Shown: positions 1 through 9,790, counted from the first letter of the stretch. The stretch: 55,766 nucleotides of DNA from Candidatus Cloacimonadota bacterium (GCA_003564135.1 PWNZ01000145.1:1-55766); one strand, 5' to 3'. Program-made: numbers and translations. Notes: generated from the sequence alone by a model not told the origin.

Positions 1-13
1 AAAGGATGTTTTT

Positions 14-89
14 GACCCATTCGTCTAGTGGCCTAGGACTCCAGATTCTCAGTCTGGCAACAGGGGTTCGATTCCCCTATGGGTTACCA
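14..89 (+). tRNA. tRNA-Glu (anticodon CTC)
   Basis: Cloverleaf: acceptor GACCCAT/ATGGGTT, D-arm with TAGTGG, anticodon arm CCAGA-TT-CTC-AG-TCTGG, T-arm AGGGG-TTCGATT-CCCCT, encoded 3' CCA at 87-89. Confidence 0.97.
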
Positions 90-170
90 TTTTGGATTTA
101 ATGGAAGAATTTAGCTGATAACTTTGAGAAGTCGAGAGGCATAGAGCTCTACACCAAAATATGAACTATT

Positions 171-219
171 AACGTTTAATGACTTATTTTTGTAATAAAA
201 TTAGGTCGTTAAACGTTTT
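171..219 (+). terminator. Long imperfect hairpin downstream of the tRNA, probable terminator
   Basis: AACGTTTAATGACTTATTTT pairs with AAAATTAGGTCGTTAAACGTT; two of the mismatches become G-U pairs on the + strand; short T run at the 3' end. Confidence 0.55.
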
Positions 220-380
220 GTGTATAAACGAAAAAACTGGAGACTTTCATTGATTGTGTTAACTGATCCGAGAGTAATAGCAATTTATTGTCGCTTACAA
301 GATGGTAGGGGATATCTGTGTGCCGGTAGTTTAGTACATGCCTATCATTTTCTAACCACTGAATCAGAAAGAGGAATGCA

Positions 381-1403
381 ATGATAAGAATCGAAAATTT
401 AGTTAAAGATTATGGTTCAATCAGGGCGGTCAACGGTGTAAACTTCTCCGTCGAAGAGGGTGAGATATTAGGATTTCTGGGCCCAAATGGAGCCGGCAAA
501 TCTACTACACTGAAATTAATAACTTGCTTTCTTTCCCCGACCGAAGGTAATATATTTATCGACGATCAAAACATTTATGATCATTCGGAAGAAATTCGCA
601 ACATGATCGGTTATCTGCCGGAAAATAATCCCCTTTACACTGACATGATAGTATATGACTATTTAAAATATATCGGTCAGTTAAGAGGGCTAAGCGAGCA
701 GGAGTTTTACCGGAATTTAAGGAAAGTTATTGAGAAATGCGGGTTAAAAGGGTATGTGTCTAAGCCGATCCACACTTTATCAAAAGGATACAGACAAAGG
801 GTAGGATTAGCACAGGCTATTATTCATGATCCCAAGATATTAATTCTCGATGAGCCAACCTCCGGACTTGACCCCAACCAGATATTAGAAATCCGAGATT
901 TGATTAAAGAACTGGGAAAAGAAAAAACGCTTATCCTGTCCAGCCATATACTACAAGAAGTGCAGGCGGTATGCAACCGGATAATTATCATCAATAAAGG
1001 TGACATAGTCGCTGATGGTTCTATGGATGAGCTAAAATCGAGCTATCAAGGCAGAACCAGAGTAAATATCGAGATGATTGCCGATGACTTTCCTGAAGAA
1101 GCTTTTAAGCAGGCGCTTCCTGAAGTTGAGATCATTTCGGTTCAATCCGGTACCGGTTTCATTCAGGGCAATATTGATTCTGACTCTAACGACGAGTCAG
1201 CATCGGAAGGTAACAATATTGAACCTCTGCAAAAAATGGAAACTATCTCAGCAGTCTTCGAATATGCTACTGCCAACGATATGCGCAAAAATATCTTTGA
1301 GTTTATCAGAGACAATAATTGGACGATTTTAGAAATGCATCGTAAGTATATGAGCCTGGAAGATCTTTTCAGGGCTCTAACGATCGATAAAGGCGCCGCC
1401 TAG
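381..1403 (+). CDS. ABC transporter ATP-binding protein, GldA-like
   Basis: Walker A GPNGAGKST, signature LSKGYRQR, Walker B ILILDEPT; followed by GldF- and GldG-like genes. Confidence 0.9.
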   Translation: MIRIENLVKDYGSIRAVNGVNFSVEEGEILGFLGPNGAGKSTTLKLITCFLSPTEGNIFIDDQNIYDHSEEIRNMIGYLPENNPLYTDMIVYDYLKYIGQLRGLSEQEFYRNLRKVIEKCGLKGYVSKPIHTLSKGYRQRVGLAQAIIHDPKILILDEPTSGLDPNQILEIRDLIKELGKEKTLILSSHILQEVQAVCNRIIIINKGDIVADGSMDELKSSYQGRTRVNIEMIADDFPEEAFKQALPEVEIISVQSGTGFIQGNIDSDSNDESASEGNNIEPLQKMETISAVFEYATANDMRKNIFEFIRDNNWTILEMHRKYMSLEDLFRALTIDKGAA

Positions 1404-1418
1404 AAAGGAGAACGAATT

Positions 1419-2129
1419 ATGAAAACATTAATCATAGCAAAGAACGAATTTAGAAACTTCTTCAACTCTGTTGCTGCTTATGTAGTATTAGTAGTTTTCC
1501 TGCTGATAACCGGATGGTTTTTTGCCACTCCTTTGTTTTTAATAGGTCAGGCCGAACTCAGAACGCTGTTTACAACTATTCCCTGGATTTTCCTACTGTT
1601 TATTCCGGCTATCACTATGGGGACAATAGCGAAAGAAAAAACCACCGGTACATTAGAGAGCTTGGCAACTTTGCCGCTCAGCGACACTCAGATAGTCCTG
1701 GGTAAGTTTTGGGCTTCGTTAGGTCTAGTAGTTGTCGGCATGGGTTTTACTCTTATCCACCTGTTGACGATAACGATATTAGGTTCCAACATAGATTTCG
1801 GGGCCATTATTTGTGGGTATTTCGGCCTGATATTAATTGGCGCAGCATATTCAGCGATTGGTATTTTTGCTTCTACTTTGACCTCAAATCAGATCGTCTC
1901 CTTTGTCGTCAGTTTTCTGTTTATCTTCTTTTTCGTTATCATTGAGTACGTTCTGATATTTATACCGGCACCGCTGACAGAGATATTTCAGTATTTAAGT
2001 ATTGGCTATCATTTCGAGAACATAGCCAGAGGTGTTATTGACAGTCGGAATGTTATCTATTTCCTGACAGTAACCTTTTTCTTTCTGAGGCTCTCAACAA
2101 TTCTGATGGATTCCAGAAAGTGGAAATAA
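1419..2129 (+). CDS. ABC-2 type permease, GldF-like
   Basis: About six hydrophobic segments; motifs PAITM...E...GTLE.L.T.P and GVIDSR typical of GldF-like permeases; RBS AAGGAG. Confidence 0.88.
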   Translation: MKTLIIAKNEFRNFFNSVAAYVVLVVFLLITGWFFATPLFLIGQAELRTLFTTIPWIFLLFIPAITMGTIAKEKTTGTLESLATLPLSDTQIVLGKFWASLGLVVVGMGFTLIHLLTITILGSNIDFGAIICGYFGLILIGAAYSAIGIFASTLTSNQIVSFVVSFLFIFFFVIIEYVLIFIPAPLTEIFQYLSIGYHFENIARGVIDSRNVIYFLTVTFFFLRLSTILMDSRKWK

Positions 2130-2257
2130 TTACAGAGCATTAGCGAGTTATTTTATGAATGGAGACCAGAAAAAACATCATAAAAATCAGCTTCTTCTTC
2201 TGAATGCAAGAAGCGATCTTAAAACAACTCAAATTAGATTAAATCAAAGGTGAAGCG

Positions 2258-3889
2258 ATGAATAAAAAAGAACATAAAAAAAGTCTTCTTACTAATATAG
2301 TAATTATATTTGCCATATTATTAGTGGTTAATCTTATTTCTGTTACCATGTTCTTGAGGCTTGACTTCTCAAGGGGTAAGATATATTCTTTATCGAGATC
2401 GAGCAAAGAAACCGTCAGAGAGTTGGATGACAGGCTCATGGTCAGGGCTTATTTTACTCGGGATTTACCTGCTCAACTTGCCGATGCTAACCGTTATGCC
2501 AGAGATATTCTATCCGAATATCAGGCTCATTCACGCGGTAGAATCCGGTTTGAGTTCGTTGACCCGACAGACGATGACCGACTACAACGCGAAGCCCAGC
2601 AATATGGGATACATCCCGTTCAGATGAGAGTACCGGAAAGGGACAGGTTGGAGATTAGAAACATCTATATGGGGCTTGTCTTTATGTATCAGGGTGAACG
2701 AGAGACTATCCCGTTTGTGCAAGACACAAGAGGTTTAGAGTACGATATCACCAAGAATATTAAGAAGCTGACCGACATCGGACGCAGAACAGTGGGGCTC
2801 TTTACAGATGAAGATGAAGAGGCACCTCCAAGACAACCACAACAGCAGATGACCCAACCTAGACAAGTAACGTTCAACAGTGTTAGTGAGATGATGACTG
2901 AACATTATAACGTTGAAGAAATCGATCTGATGGAGGATGTGCCAGAGCACGTTGATGTACTAGTGTTTGCCGGCATACAGGATTCTTTGCATATAGAAAA
3001 GAAGTATAATCTTGATCAATATCTGATGAGAGGCGGGAACCTGCTACTTTTCCAAAATAGGATTTCTGCTAATCTGCATTCACTTACCGCCGAGCCTATC
3101 CAATCAAATCTTTTTGACTTGCTCCATCATTATGGGATTCGCATCAAAGAGAACTTGGTTACTGATGCTGAATGCGGGCAGATACAGGTACAAAGGCAGC
3201 AGGGGATCTTTAGTTATGCGCAACCTGTCGAATATCCCTTCTTACCATTAATAAATAATATGAATGAAGACCATCCTATAGCAAAAAACCTAGAAAACCT
3301 GCAATTACTGTATGCATCGGAGATTGATGAGCCGTTACCGGGTTCACAATTAGAGATGGTTCCTCTCTTTTTTACTTCTAATTATTCAGGAGATGTAAGA
3401 GTTCCGAATTTAGACATCTCATTCGAAAGATTTATGCAAAGAAGGAATCTCAGAACTATTTTAACCGACCCGGCAAAAGTTATGGCAGCACTTTTCACAG
3501 GCAATATTGAAAGTTATTACCTTGACATATTTCCGGAAGAAGATGACCGTTTAGCAGATAGATTTCACTATCGAACACCGGACGCAGAATTTATTATAGT
3601 CGCAGATACCGAGTTCATACAGGATGGTGCCGGAGGTGATGCGCAGCCGAACTTAGATTTTGTTCTTAATGCGATCGACTATCTGATGGGTGATACAGCG
3701 TTGATTGAAATTAGGTCCAGAGGAACAGAGTTCAAGCCACTTCGTGAAATTGGTGCGACGTCAAGAATGATCGTTAGGTGGATAAATATATTACTTCCGA
3801 CTTTCTTGGTTATAGTGTTCGGTATCTATAACTGGAGAAGACAGTTAAACAGAAGAAAGATGATTAGTAAGATTTATGAAGAAGACTAA
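2258..3889 (+). CDS. GldG-family ABC transporter auxiliary component
   Basis: N-terminal TM followed by RLDFS.GKIYSLS, LDQYLM.GG motif, NAIDYL.GD..LI.IRSR motif and C-terminal TM. Confidence 0.88.
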   Translation: MNKKEHKKSLLTNIVIIFAILLVVNLISVTMFLRLDFSRGKIYSLSRSSKETVRELDDRLMVRAYFTRDLPAQLADANRYARDILSEYQAHSRGRIRFEFVDPTDDDRLQREAQQYGIHPVQMRVPERDRLEIRNIYMGLVFMYQGERETIPFVQDTRGLEYDITKNIKKLTDIGRRTVGLFTDEDEEAPPRQPQQQMTQPRQVTFNSVSEMMTEHYNVEEIDLMEDVPEHVDVLVFAGIQDSLHIEKKYNLDQYLMRGGNLLLFQNRISANLHSLTAEPIQSNLFDLLHHYGIRIKENLVTDAECGQIQVQRQQGIFSYAQPVEYPFLPLINNMNEDHPIAKNLENLQLLYASEIDEPLPGSQLEMVPLFFTSNYSGDVRVPNLDISFERFMQRRNLRTILTDPAKVMAALFTGNIESYYLDIFPEEDDRLADRFHYRTPDAEFIIVADTEFIQDGAGGDAQPNLDFVLNAIDYLMGDTALIEIRSRGTEFKPLREIGATSRMIVRWINILLPTFLVIVFGIYNWRRQLNRRKMISKIYEED

Positions 3890-3943
3890 TCCTTAAACAT
3901 GACCGAATGTATATAAAACCTAAGCAATTTATAGGAGACTGTT

Positions 3944-4870
3944 ATGACTAAAAATAATAAAATATTGATAATTGTCCTGGTTTTTCTGGTGGTCTTATTA
4001 TTACTAATAAACAGGCTGACAGACCCCAGAGAAAGACGCGTTACTTATTTTGATGTCGACTTAGATGAATTGTATGCTGTTGAAATTTCAAATATGGAAG
4101 ATACAGTTAGAGTTGCCAGAACAAACGATACCTGGAACTTAGAAAAACCGTTTCCATTCCCAGTCGATAGATCGAGAATTCGTAACTTCTTAGAGCAGGT
4201 TGTGCCAGCTCAAACATCACGAAACCCAGTTAGCGTTTCTGAGTCTTCTCATCCAAGATATAGTGTCAATGAACAAAGAGGGGTTTTAGTCAGTTTCTTA
4301 GATGCCGGTAATAATTTATTAGACCAAGCTTACATGGGAAGAAGAGACAGAGCACATTATGCCCGAAGACCGGAATCAGACGAAGTATATCAGTTATTAG
4401 GACATATCGGAATGATGATTTCTGCTAATTTTCAACCCTGGCGGGATGTCTTTATATTTAATATGCCACGCGGTGATATTAAATCGATAGATGTTCAATA
4501 TGCGCGTAGCAGCTACACTATATCCGATGAAAACACCCATTGGGAATACAATAGCAGCGAACAGAGCTTCACTATTCCCGATGGAAACCGTTCAGTGGAT
4601 TTGATATTACAGCGGTTTGAAGAAGGGATCGCTTCTATGAGATTTTATGACTTCGTATATGACGAGTATGAACATCTGTTCGAGGATCCGGAATTGGTAT
4701 TGACCATAAAGCGACACGATAACCGAGAAACTGAGTTGTTGTGGGGATTTTACCGAGATGAAGGGGAATTTTTAGTGAAAAAAGACGGTAATACCGACTA
4801 CCTCTATTTAGTAGATGCCAATATAGCCGATAAATTCACTAAAGCACACCAACACTTTCAGCAACAGTAA
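3944..4870 (+). CDS. DUF4340-like membrane-anchored periplasmic protein
   Basis: N-terminal TM anchor, two repeated beta-rich modules (W.L..P..FPVD), usual position after gldG-like genes. Confidence 0.7.
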   Translation: MTKNNKILIIVLVFLVVLLLLINRLTDPRERRVTYFDVDLDELYAVEISNMEDTVRVARTNDTWNLEKPFPFPVDRSRIRNFLEQVVPAQTSRNPVSVSESSHPRYSVNEQRGVLVSFLDAGNNLLDQAYMGRRDRAHYARRPESDEVYQLLGHIGMMISANFQPWRDVFIFNMPRGDIKSIDVQYARSSYTISDENTHWEYNSSEQSFTIPDGNRSVDLILQRFEEGIASMRFYDFVYDEYEHLFEDPELVLTIKRHDNRETELLWGFYRDEGEFLVKKDGNTDYLYLVDANIADKFTKAHQHFQQQ

Positions 4871-4880
4871 GTACTTGGTT

Positions 4881-5540
4881 ATGTTAAGTCGAATAGCCAT
4901 TATTTTCTGCATGTTAGTGCTTACTGTGTCTGTTGCTTTCTCAGATGTCGGCCCACAATTAGCCAGGCTTCATTATGATGGTGGTGGCGACTGGTATAAC
5001 GACCCTGACACGCTGCCAAATTTAGTTGATTACATTAATCAACATATTAATACTGGTTTTTCTCAGGAACAAGCTGTGGTCCGGCTTGAAAATCCTGATT
5101 TGTTTGATTATCCTTTTCTTTATATGACAGGTCATGGTAATATCAGCTTTTCTGAACAGGATGCAAGGAATCTTAGAGAGTATCTCAATCGGGGTGGATT
5201 TCTTTATGCGGACGATGATTATGGTATGGACGAAGCATTCCGCCGAGAGATACAAAAGGTTTTCCCCGATAGAGGTTTAGTTGAACTACCTGCCTCGCAT
5301 GAGATGTTCAACTGTTTTTTTGAGTTTCCGGAGGGAATACCCAAAATCCATGAACATGATGGGAAAAGACCCCAAGCATTTGCAATATTTAATGACCATG
5401 GCAGAATGATGGTATTATATACCTACGAGACTAATGTTAGTGACGGATGGTCTGATGCTCATGATACCCCCCCGGAAATTAGAAGAAAAGCATTTGAGAT
5501 GGGTGCCAATATTATATATTATATTTTAACCTCCAACTGA
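4881..5540 (+). CDS. DUF4159 domain protein with signal peptide
   Basis: ARL.Y.GGGDWY, YPFLYMTGHG, LREYL..GGFLYADD and GANI motifs; ATG at 4881 preferred over TTG at 4875. Confidence 0.85.
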   Translation: MLSRIAIIFCMLVLTVSVAFSDVGPQLARLHYDGGGDWYNDPDTLPNLVDYINQHINTGFSQEQAVVRLENPDLFDYPFLYMTGHGNISFSEQDARNLREYLNRGGFLYADDDYGMDEAFRREIQKVFPDRGLVELPASHEMFNCFFEFPEGIPKIHEHDGKRPQAFAIFNDHGRMMVLYTYETNVSDGWSDAHDTPPEIRRKAFEMGANIIYYILTSN

Positions 5541-5572
5541 TCTGAAAAGCCCAAATTAATGGATACTATGAA

Positions 5573-6295
5573 ATGAAAGTATATGTCGCTTCCGACTTTC
5601 ATCTTGCTTTCAACCCCAAATCACAAGAGGAGTTAGAAAGGAACAAAGTAGTAGGCGATTTCCTTACAGAGATACAAAAAGATGCCGATATGCTTATCTT
5701 GGCAGGTGATATCTTTGACCTGTGGTATGACTGGAAGCAGGTGATCGTAAAAGGTTATTTTCCTTTTCTTAAAAAGTTGGCCGACTTAAATGAAAATGGG
5801 TGTAGGCTTGTATTTGTTGCAGGCAATCATGATTTTTGGTTTGGCGACTTCATGGACAGATATCTCGACTGTCAGGTCTTTCAAAAAGATTTTCAGGATG
5901 AAATTGATGGGAAAAAGTTATATGTCTCTCATGGAGATCAGCTAACTAATAATGATATCCGATACCGCTTTTTTCAATTTGGTCTTAGAAATCCTTTCAC
6001 CAGGCTTCTTTTCTCTTCATTGCATCCTAATTTTGCCTTATCCTTAGGTAAGCTTGCTTCCAGAACAAGTAGGACTAGAAGCGCCGCCAAAACCAACCAA
6101 CAAAGAAAGTGCGGGCTTCAGGCATATGCAGAAAAGATTGCCAGGTTATATGATATTATTGTGATGGGGCACTCACATAACCCCACTACAAAGAAGATAG
6201 GTGAAACTCATTATCTCAACACCGGATATTGGGGAAGTGATAACTCTTATGTATTAATTGAGGATGGGAAACCTCATCTAAGACGATTTAAATAA
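5573..6295 (+). CDS. lpxH: UDP-2,3-diacylglucosamine diphosphatase (calcineurin-like metallophosphoesterase)
   Basis: SDFHL, GDIFDLW, GNHDFW, SHGD and MGHSH metallophosphoesterase motifs in the LpxH arrangement. Confidence 0.8.
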   Translation: MKVYVASDFHLAFNPKSQEELERNKVVGDFLTEIQKDADMLILAGDIFDLWYDWKQVIVKGYFPFLKKLADLNENGCRLVFVAGNHDFWFGDFMDRYLDCQVFQKDFQDEIDGKKLYVSHGDQLTNNDIRYRFFQFGLRNPFTRLLFSSLHPNFALSLGKLASRTSRTRSAAKTNQQRKCGLQAYAEKIARLYDIIVMGHSHNPTTKKIGETHYLNTGYWGSDNSYVLIEDGKPHLRRFK

Positions 6296-6350
6296 AAAAT
6301 ATAAAAACGTAAATTAATTACTTAATACTCTTTTAACAAGGAGGTATCTT

Positions 6351-7076
6351 ATGCTAGTTATTTACCGGAGTAAACTTAAAGGTATCATAATGCCTGCCGG
6401 TATGGTTTTTTTATTGATCCTAATACCTGTCTTCGCTGCTTGTCAAGCAGAACAGGACTACACTTTTAATAGCGAGGGAAAAGTTATTGAATTACCGGAG
6501 CCGAGATTGGAGAGTGATTATTCGGTTGAACAGGCATTATCTTCACGCAGATCTGTCCGTGAATACAGTAGTGAACCATTAGAGTTGTCTGAAGTCAGTC
6601 AGTTGTTATGGGCTGCTCAGGGAATAACTCTTCCCGGAAAAAATTTCCGGACAGCACCCTCAGCCGGAGCGACTTTTCCTATTTATCTTTACTTGATTGT
6701 ATCTAATGTTGAAGATTTGGATGTTGGCTTATACAAGTACGATCCTGTCAGCCATAGTTTAGAAATGCTGTCTGATAGAGATATCAGGGCGGAAATGTCC
6801 CAAACCGTATTAAGGCAGGCACCCTTTAGAAATGGAGCTTGCTCAATAGTAATTACTGCTGATTATGAGAGGACAACCGCGAGATATGGTGAACGTGGTA
6901 TCAGATACTTGCATCACGAAGTAGGTCATGTAGGACAAAATATTCATCTTCAAGCTGAAACATTGAACTTGGGGACGGTTGTTATTGGCGCTTTTAGAGA
7001 TGACGGTGTTAAAGAGACACTCGGCCTTTCGGACGATATAGATCCTTTATATATCATGCCGGTTGGTAAGAAATAA
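6351..7076 (+). CDS. SagB/ThcOx-family nitroreductase-like flavoprotein, probable lipoprotein
   Basis: RRSVREY, LLWAAQGIT, RTAPSAGA, EVGHVGQN and IGAF motifs; hydrophobic N-terminus ending FAAC (lipobox). Confidence 0.85.
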   Translation: MLVIYRSKLKGIIMPAGMVFLLILIPVFAACQAEQDYTFNSEGKVIELPEPRLESDYSVEQALSSRRSVREYSSEPLELSEVSQLLWAAQGITLPGKNFRTAPSAGATFPIYLYLIVSNVEDLDVGLYKYDPVSHSLEMLSDRDIRAEMSQTVLRQAPFRNGACSIVITADYERTTARYGERGIRYLHHEVGHVGQNIHLQAETLNLGTVVIGAFRDDGVKETLGLSDDIDPLYIMPVGKK

Positions 7077-7102
7077 TTGTCTTAAGTCGGAAGCTAGATT
7101 CA

Positions 7103-7732
7103 TTGCTAAGCCTAGAAAAGCTTTTCAAGTTATTATTAGATAAATACGGGGCTCAGAACTGGTGGCCCGCAGATACTAAAGATGAAGTCATTATTGGTGC
7201 TCTGCTGACTCAAAACACTAACTGGCAGAATGTCGTCAAAGCTATCGATAACCTTAAATCGGAGAATCTATGTAACCTTAAAGCACTAAAACAAGCTAAT
7301 AAGCAATATCTAGCCCAACTAATAAGACCGAGCGGATACTATAATATCAAAGCGGATCGCCTCATAAATATCGCTAATATCCTGTATAATAAAGATCTAG
7401 CAGCGTTAGAAGTTGATGCGGCAAGGAAATTTCTGCTGAGCATAAAGGGGGTAGGAGGTGAGACTGCCGATTCGATCCTCCTATATGCGTATAACTTACG
7501 CTCTTTCGTTATAGACTCTTACACAAGAAGGTTTACTGACCGCTTATTTCCGAACAATAATCTAAATAGCTATGAAGGGTATCAACAGTTTTTCATGAAT
7601 CGGCTTCCTCAGGATACCGCATTCTACAATGAATACCATGCTCTAATTGTTAAGCATTGTAAAAATTATTGCCGAAAGCAACCTCGATGTGAAGATTGTC
7701 TCCTATCCGGCTCTGAGTGCCGGCACCGATAG
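7103..7732 (+). CDS. Endonuclease III-related HhH-GPD DNA glycosylase with 4Fe-4S cluster
   Basis: WWPA, GALLTQNTNW, HhH LLSIKGVGGETADSILLY, VIDSY, C-terminal C-x3-C-x5-C-x2-C cysteine cluster. Confidence 0.88.
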   Translation: MLSLEKLFKLLLDKYGAQNWWPADTKDEVIIGALLTQNTNWQNVVKAIDNLKSENLCNLKALKQANKQYLAQLIRPSGYYNIKADRLINIANILYNKDLAALEVDAARKFLLSIKGVGGETADSILLYAYNLRSFVIDSYTRRFTDRLFPNNNLNSYEGYQQFFMNRLPQDTAFYNEYHALIVKHCKNYCRKQPRCEDCLLSGSECRHR

Positions 7733-7762
7733 TAAGAGCTAATCAAGTAACGATTATGTCTA

Positions 7763-8876
7763 TTATTCCCACACAACTACTGCATACCTGAATATTGCAA
7801 CTAATTCCTCATCTCCTTCAAAGTCAGCCAGCGCTTCATCATAAACTAAATTTCTGAAGATATCGATGTTTTTCCCTACTAAGGAGCCGTAGAAAGTGTA
7901 ATTATTGCCACCTCGAATAACAATATCGGCTTCCGGTGCAAAGATTGCCCCGATAAAAGATGAGTTGTTACTCTCTTGGAGGTCGATTTTCATGTTTGCT
8001 TGCTCGGGACCATAAATGATCAGGTTCTTAGCATAACCTGTATCGTTAACCAGTCCGTTACATTGGGTATCGAGTTCACCGTTTAAAAGTATAGTTAATG
8101 ATGCTCCGTCTTAAATGGTAATTCGGGCATTTTCGGAAGTAGATACCACCATCGACGTATAGGATAGTAGGGTCTGACACAGTTATAACATTATTACCGC
8201 TGAGGTTTATATTTCCATCGACACGCCATTCGCCGCCGTCAAAAACGTGACTTGTGTTAATTGCAGGTATGACACTTCCATCTCCCGGATCTGTAGCAGG
8301 AGTTTATTGACGATCTTCACGAACTGCTTTACCTTCTAAGGCGCCGTTATTAGTAAACTGTCCTTTGCTTCCATATCCAACTATTGCATCTTTGGTATAT
8401 GTCCGGAGATTAGAAGAGTGGAAGCAGTTGATGTATCCTTGATTACCGATAATGAAAGCATTTTGGCTGTATGCTGCAAAGTCAAACATGCCGACTTTTT
8501 CTTAGATTTTTCGGAACTGAACATTGATGTCATACTCGTTATCGCTCTCGCTTTTCCGGTGACAGTTATCTGTAAGTCTAAATCGGTTTTTAATATTCTA
8601 CTGATCTTGTATTCACCGGCAAGTGTATTTCAGGTTGTGTAAGTCTGTAAAGGGTGGTTGCTAACGGTTCCGTTACAAAATAGCAGCTCGATCTATGATT
8701 GACGACATTGTTTATCATTATTTAGGAAGCGCTGTTAGCAATGTTTCTGGCATTATTATAATCCAGCGCCCGAAGTTTATATATAGAGAAGCTTCGCCAG
8801 TATTGACCAGAACTATCACAAAAGAAGCTAACAACAAAAACAGGCTTGCAACTAATATAAGCGAATATTTACCCAT
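7763..8876 (-). pseudogene. Decayed PilX-like minor pilin/adhesin gene
   Basis: RBS AAGGAG and ATG at 8876 give MGKYSLILVASLFLLLASF; a shifted frame gives DYNNARNIANSAS (PilX-type A..IA.S motif); later fragments FDFAAYS, W.VDGNINLSGNN.I.V..P..LYVDG and FIGAIFAPEADI.I.GG...FYGSLVG...LVYDEAL. In-frame TAA at 8722-8724, 8502-8504, 8304-8306 and 8111-8113 plus about four frameshifts. Confidence 0.8.
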
Positions 8877-8902
8877 GTGATCTCCTTAATAGTCTAAGAT
8901 GA

Positions 8903-9721
8903 TTACATTTCTTCTGAAGAGAAAAGACGGTGTCCACGCAAAAAGAATTCTTTTTCTAAAGGTATGACGAAATCGGTGTGGCTATCACTGTATAGTTGCT
9001 CCGGTTTACTCCTGATAGAAATAGTAGTTCTTATTAGGTCAATATCACTAACTGGAATAGCCGGATCGGTTATTGTTTCCTCTTGACCGGATGCATCGAG
9101 GCTTATCATATTAAAAGCGTATTTACCTTGGCCGGATTGATCTAACAGATTAAGCTGATAACTTCGATAAGAAATCCGATCAGCTTCGTAAACTTTATAG
9201 TGAGGCATAGTTGTAGGGATAAAATCCCAGGTTCCTTTAACGGTCACATCTCCATTGTTATTGTATGATTCAATAATTTTTATTTGGCCGTCTTCACCGG
9301 TATTCGGGTCGGAAAGATCAATTGCATAACCGTAGGGGACAGTGTATCCTCCTGGGGTTTTCAGGCTGTTGTCCGCTATGAAATGTAGGACAGTTCCCTG
9401 TCTGATTAAATTACTGGGATTTAAGCTATATTGAGCAACAACTAATGAGTCATTATGAACCTCTATAAATACGATATTATCGTAATTATTGCGAAAAGAT
9501 AAGCTATTATTCTCAACTTTAACTTTATCGGATGTAAAACTCTGTAGAAAACGGATCTCTTCCTGAAGTATAGCTATTGCGCCGTCTCCGGTACCCTGCA
9601 TATGTTGGATTACTTGGTTCTCAGTACTCGATTTCATGGTCATAAAATGCACACCGATAACCATCAAAGAGATTAAACCGGCTACTATTGCTGATTGGAT
9701 CAAGTCAAGAATGGATGCCAT
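8903..9721 (-). CDS. Pilin-like protein (minor pilin, PilW-like position)
   Basis: N-terminal hydrophobic helix ASILDLIQSAIVAGLISLMVIG with an acidic residue near +5, then amphipathic helix ending ILQEEIR and a beta-rich domain; RBS AAGGAG; middle gene of a three-gene pilin-like operon. Confidence 0.65.
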   Translation of the reverse strand: MASILDLIQSAIVAGLISLMVIGVHFMTMKSSTENQVIQHMQGTGDGAIAILQEEIRFLQSFTSDKVKVENNSLSFRNNYDNIVFIEVHNDSLVVAQYSLNPSNLIRQGTVLHFIADNSLKTPGGYTVPYGYAIDLSDPNTGEDGQIKIIESYNNNGDVTVKGTWDFIPTTMPHYKVYEADRISYRSYQLNLLDQSGQGKYAFNMISLDASGQEETITDPAIPVSDIDLIRTTISIRSKPEQLYSDSHTDFVIPLEKEFFLRGHRLFSSEEM

Positions 9722-9790
9722 AAATGACTCCTTTTTAGGACTTTTGCCAGCATCTCTGTTTTTTGCGAGTAAGCTGGTGTTTTGCGCTGG

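Noticed and set aside
14-380. tRNA 3' end as an integration site for an island
   Set aside because: No integrase, no duplicated tRNA 3' end seen in the window, and downstream genes are housekeeping-like.
1401-1421. gldA-like TAG is in frame with the gldF-like ATG, and recF TAG (26215) is in frame with the MFS ATG, suggesting genome-wide amber recoding
   Set aside because: TAG ends dnaN, pilB and the envC-like gene exactly at their family C-termini; the gldF-like gene has its own strong RBS; in-frame neighbours occur one time in three by chance.
2155-2253. 32-codon ORF between the gldF- and gldG-like genes
   Set aside because: No convincing RBS, no coupling overlap, no recognisable motif.
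6351-7076. SagB-like gene as a sign of a RiPP (azole) biosynthetic cluster
   Set aside because: No YcaO, E1-like partner or precursor peptide nearby; stand-alone members of this family are common.
8111-8724. All four in-frame stops of the pseudogene are TAA, hinting at TAA reassignment
   Set aside because: TAA is the normal stop of many intact genes here, and the same region also has several frameshifts, so this is ordinary decay in an AT-biased genome.
8418-8880. Plus-strand ORFs 8418-8642 and 8695-8880
   Set aside because: Antisense shadows of the minus-strand pseudogene; no RBS or recognisable motifs.
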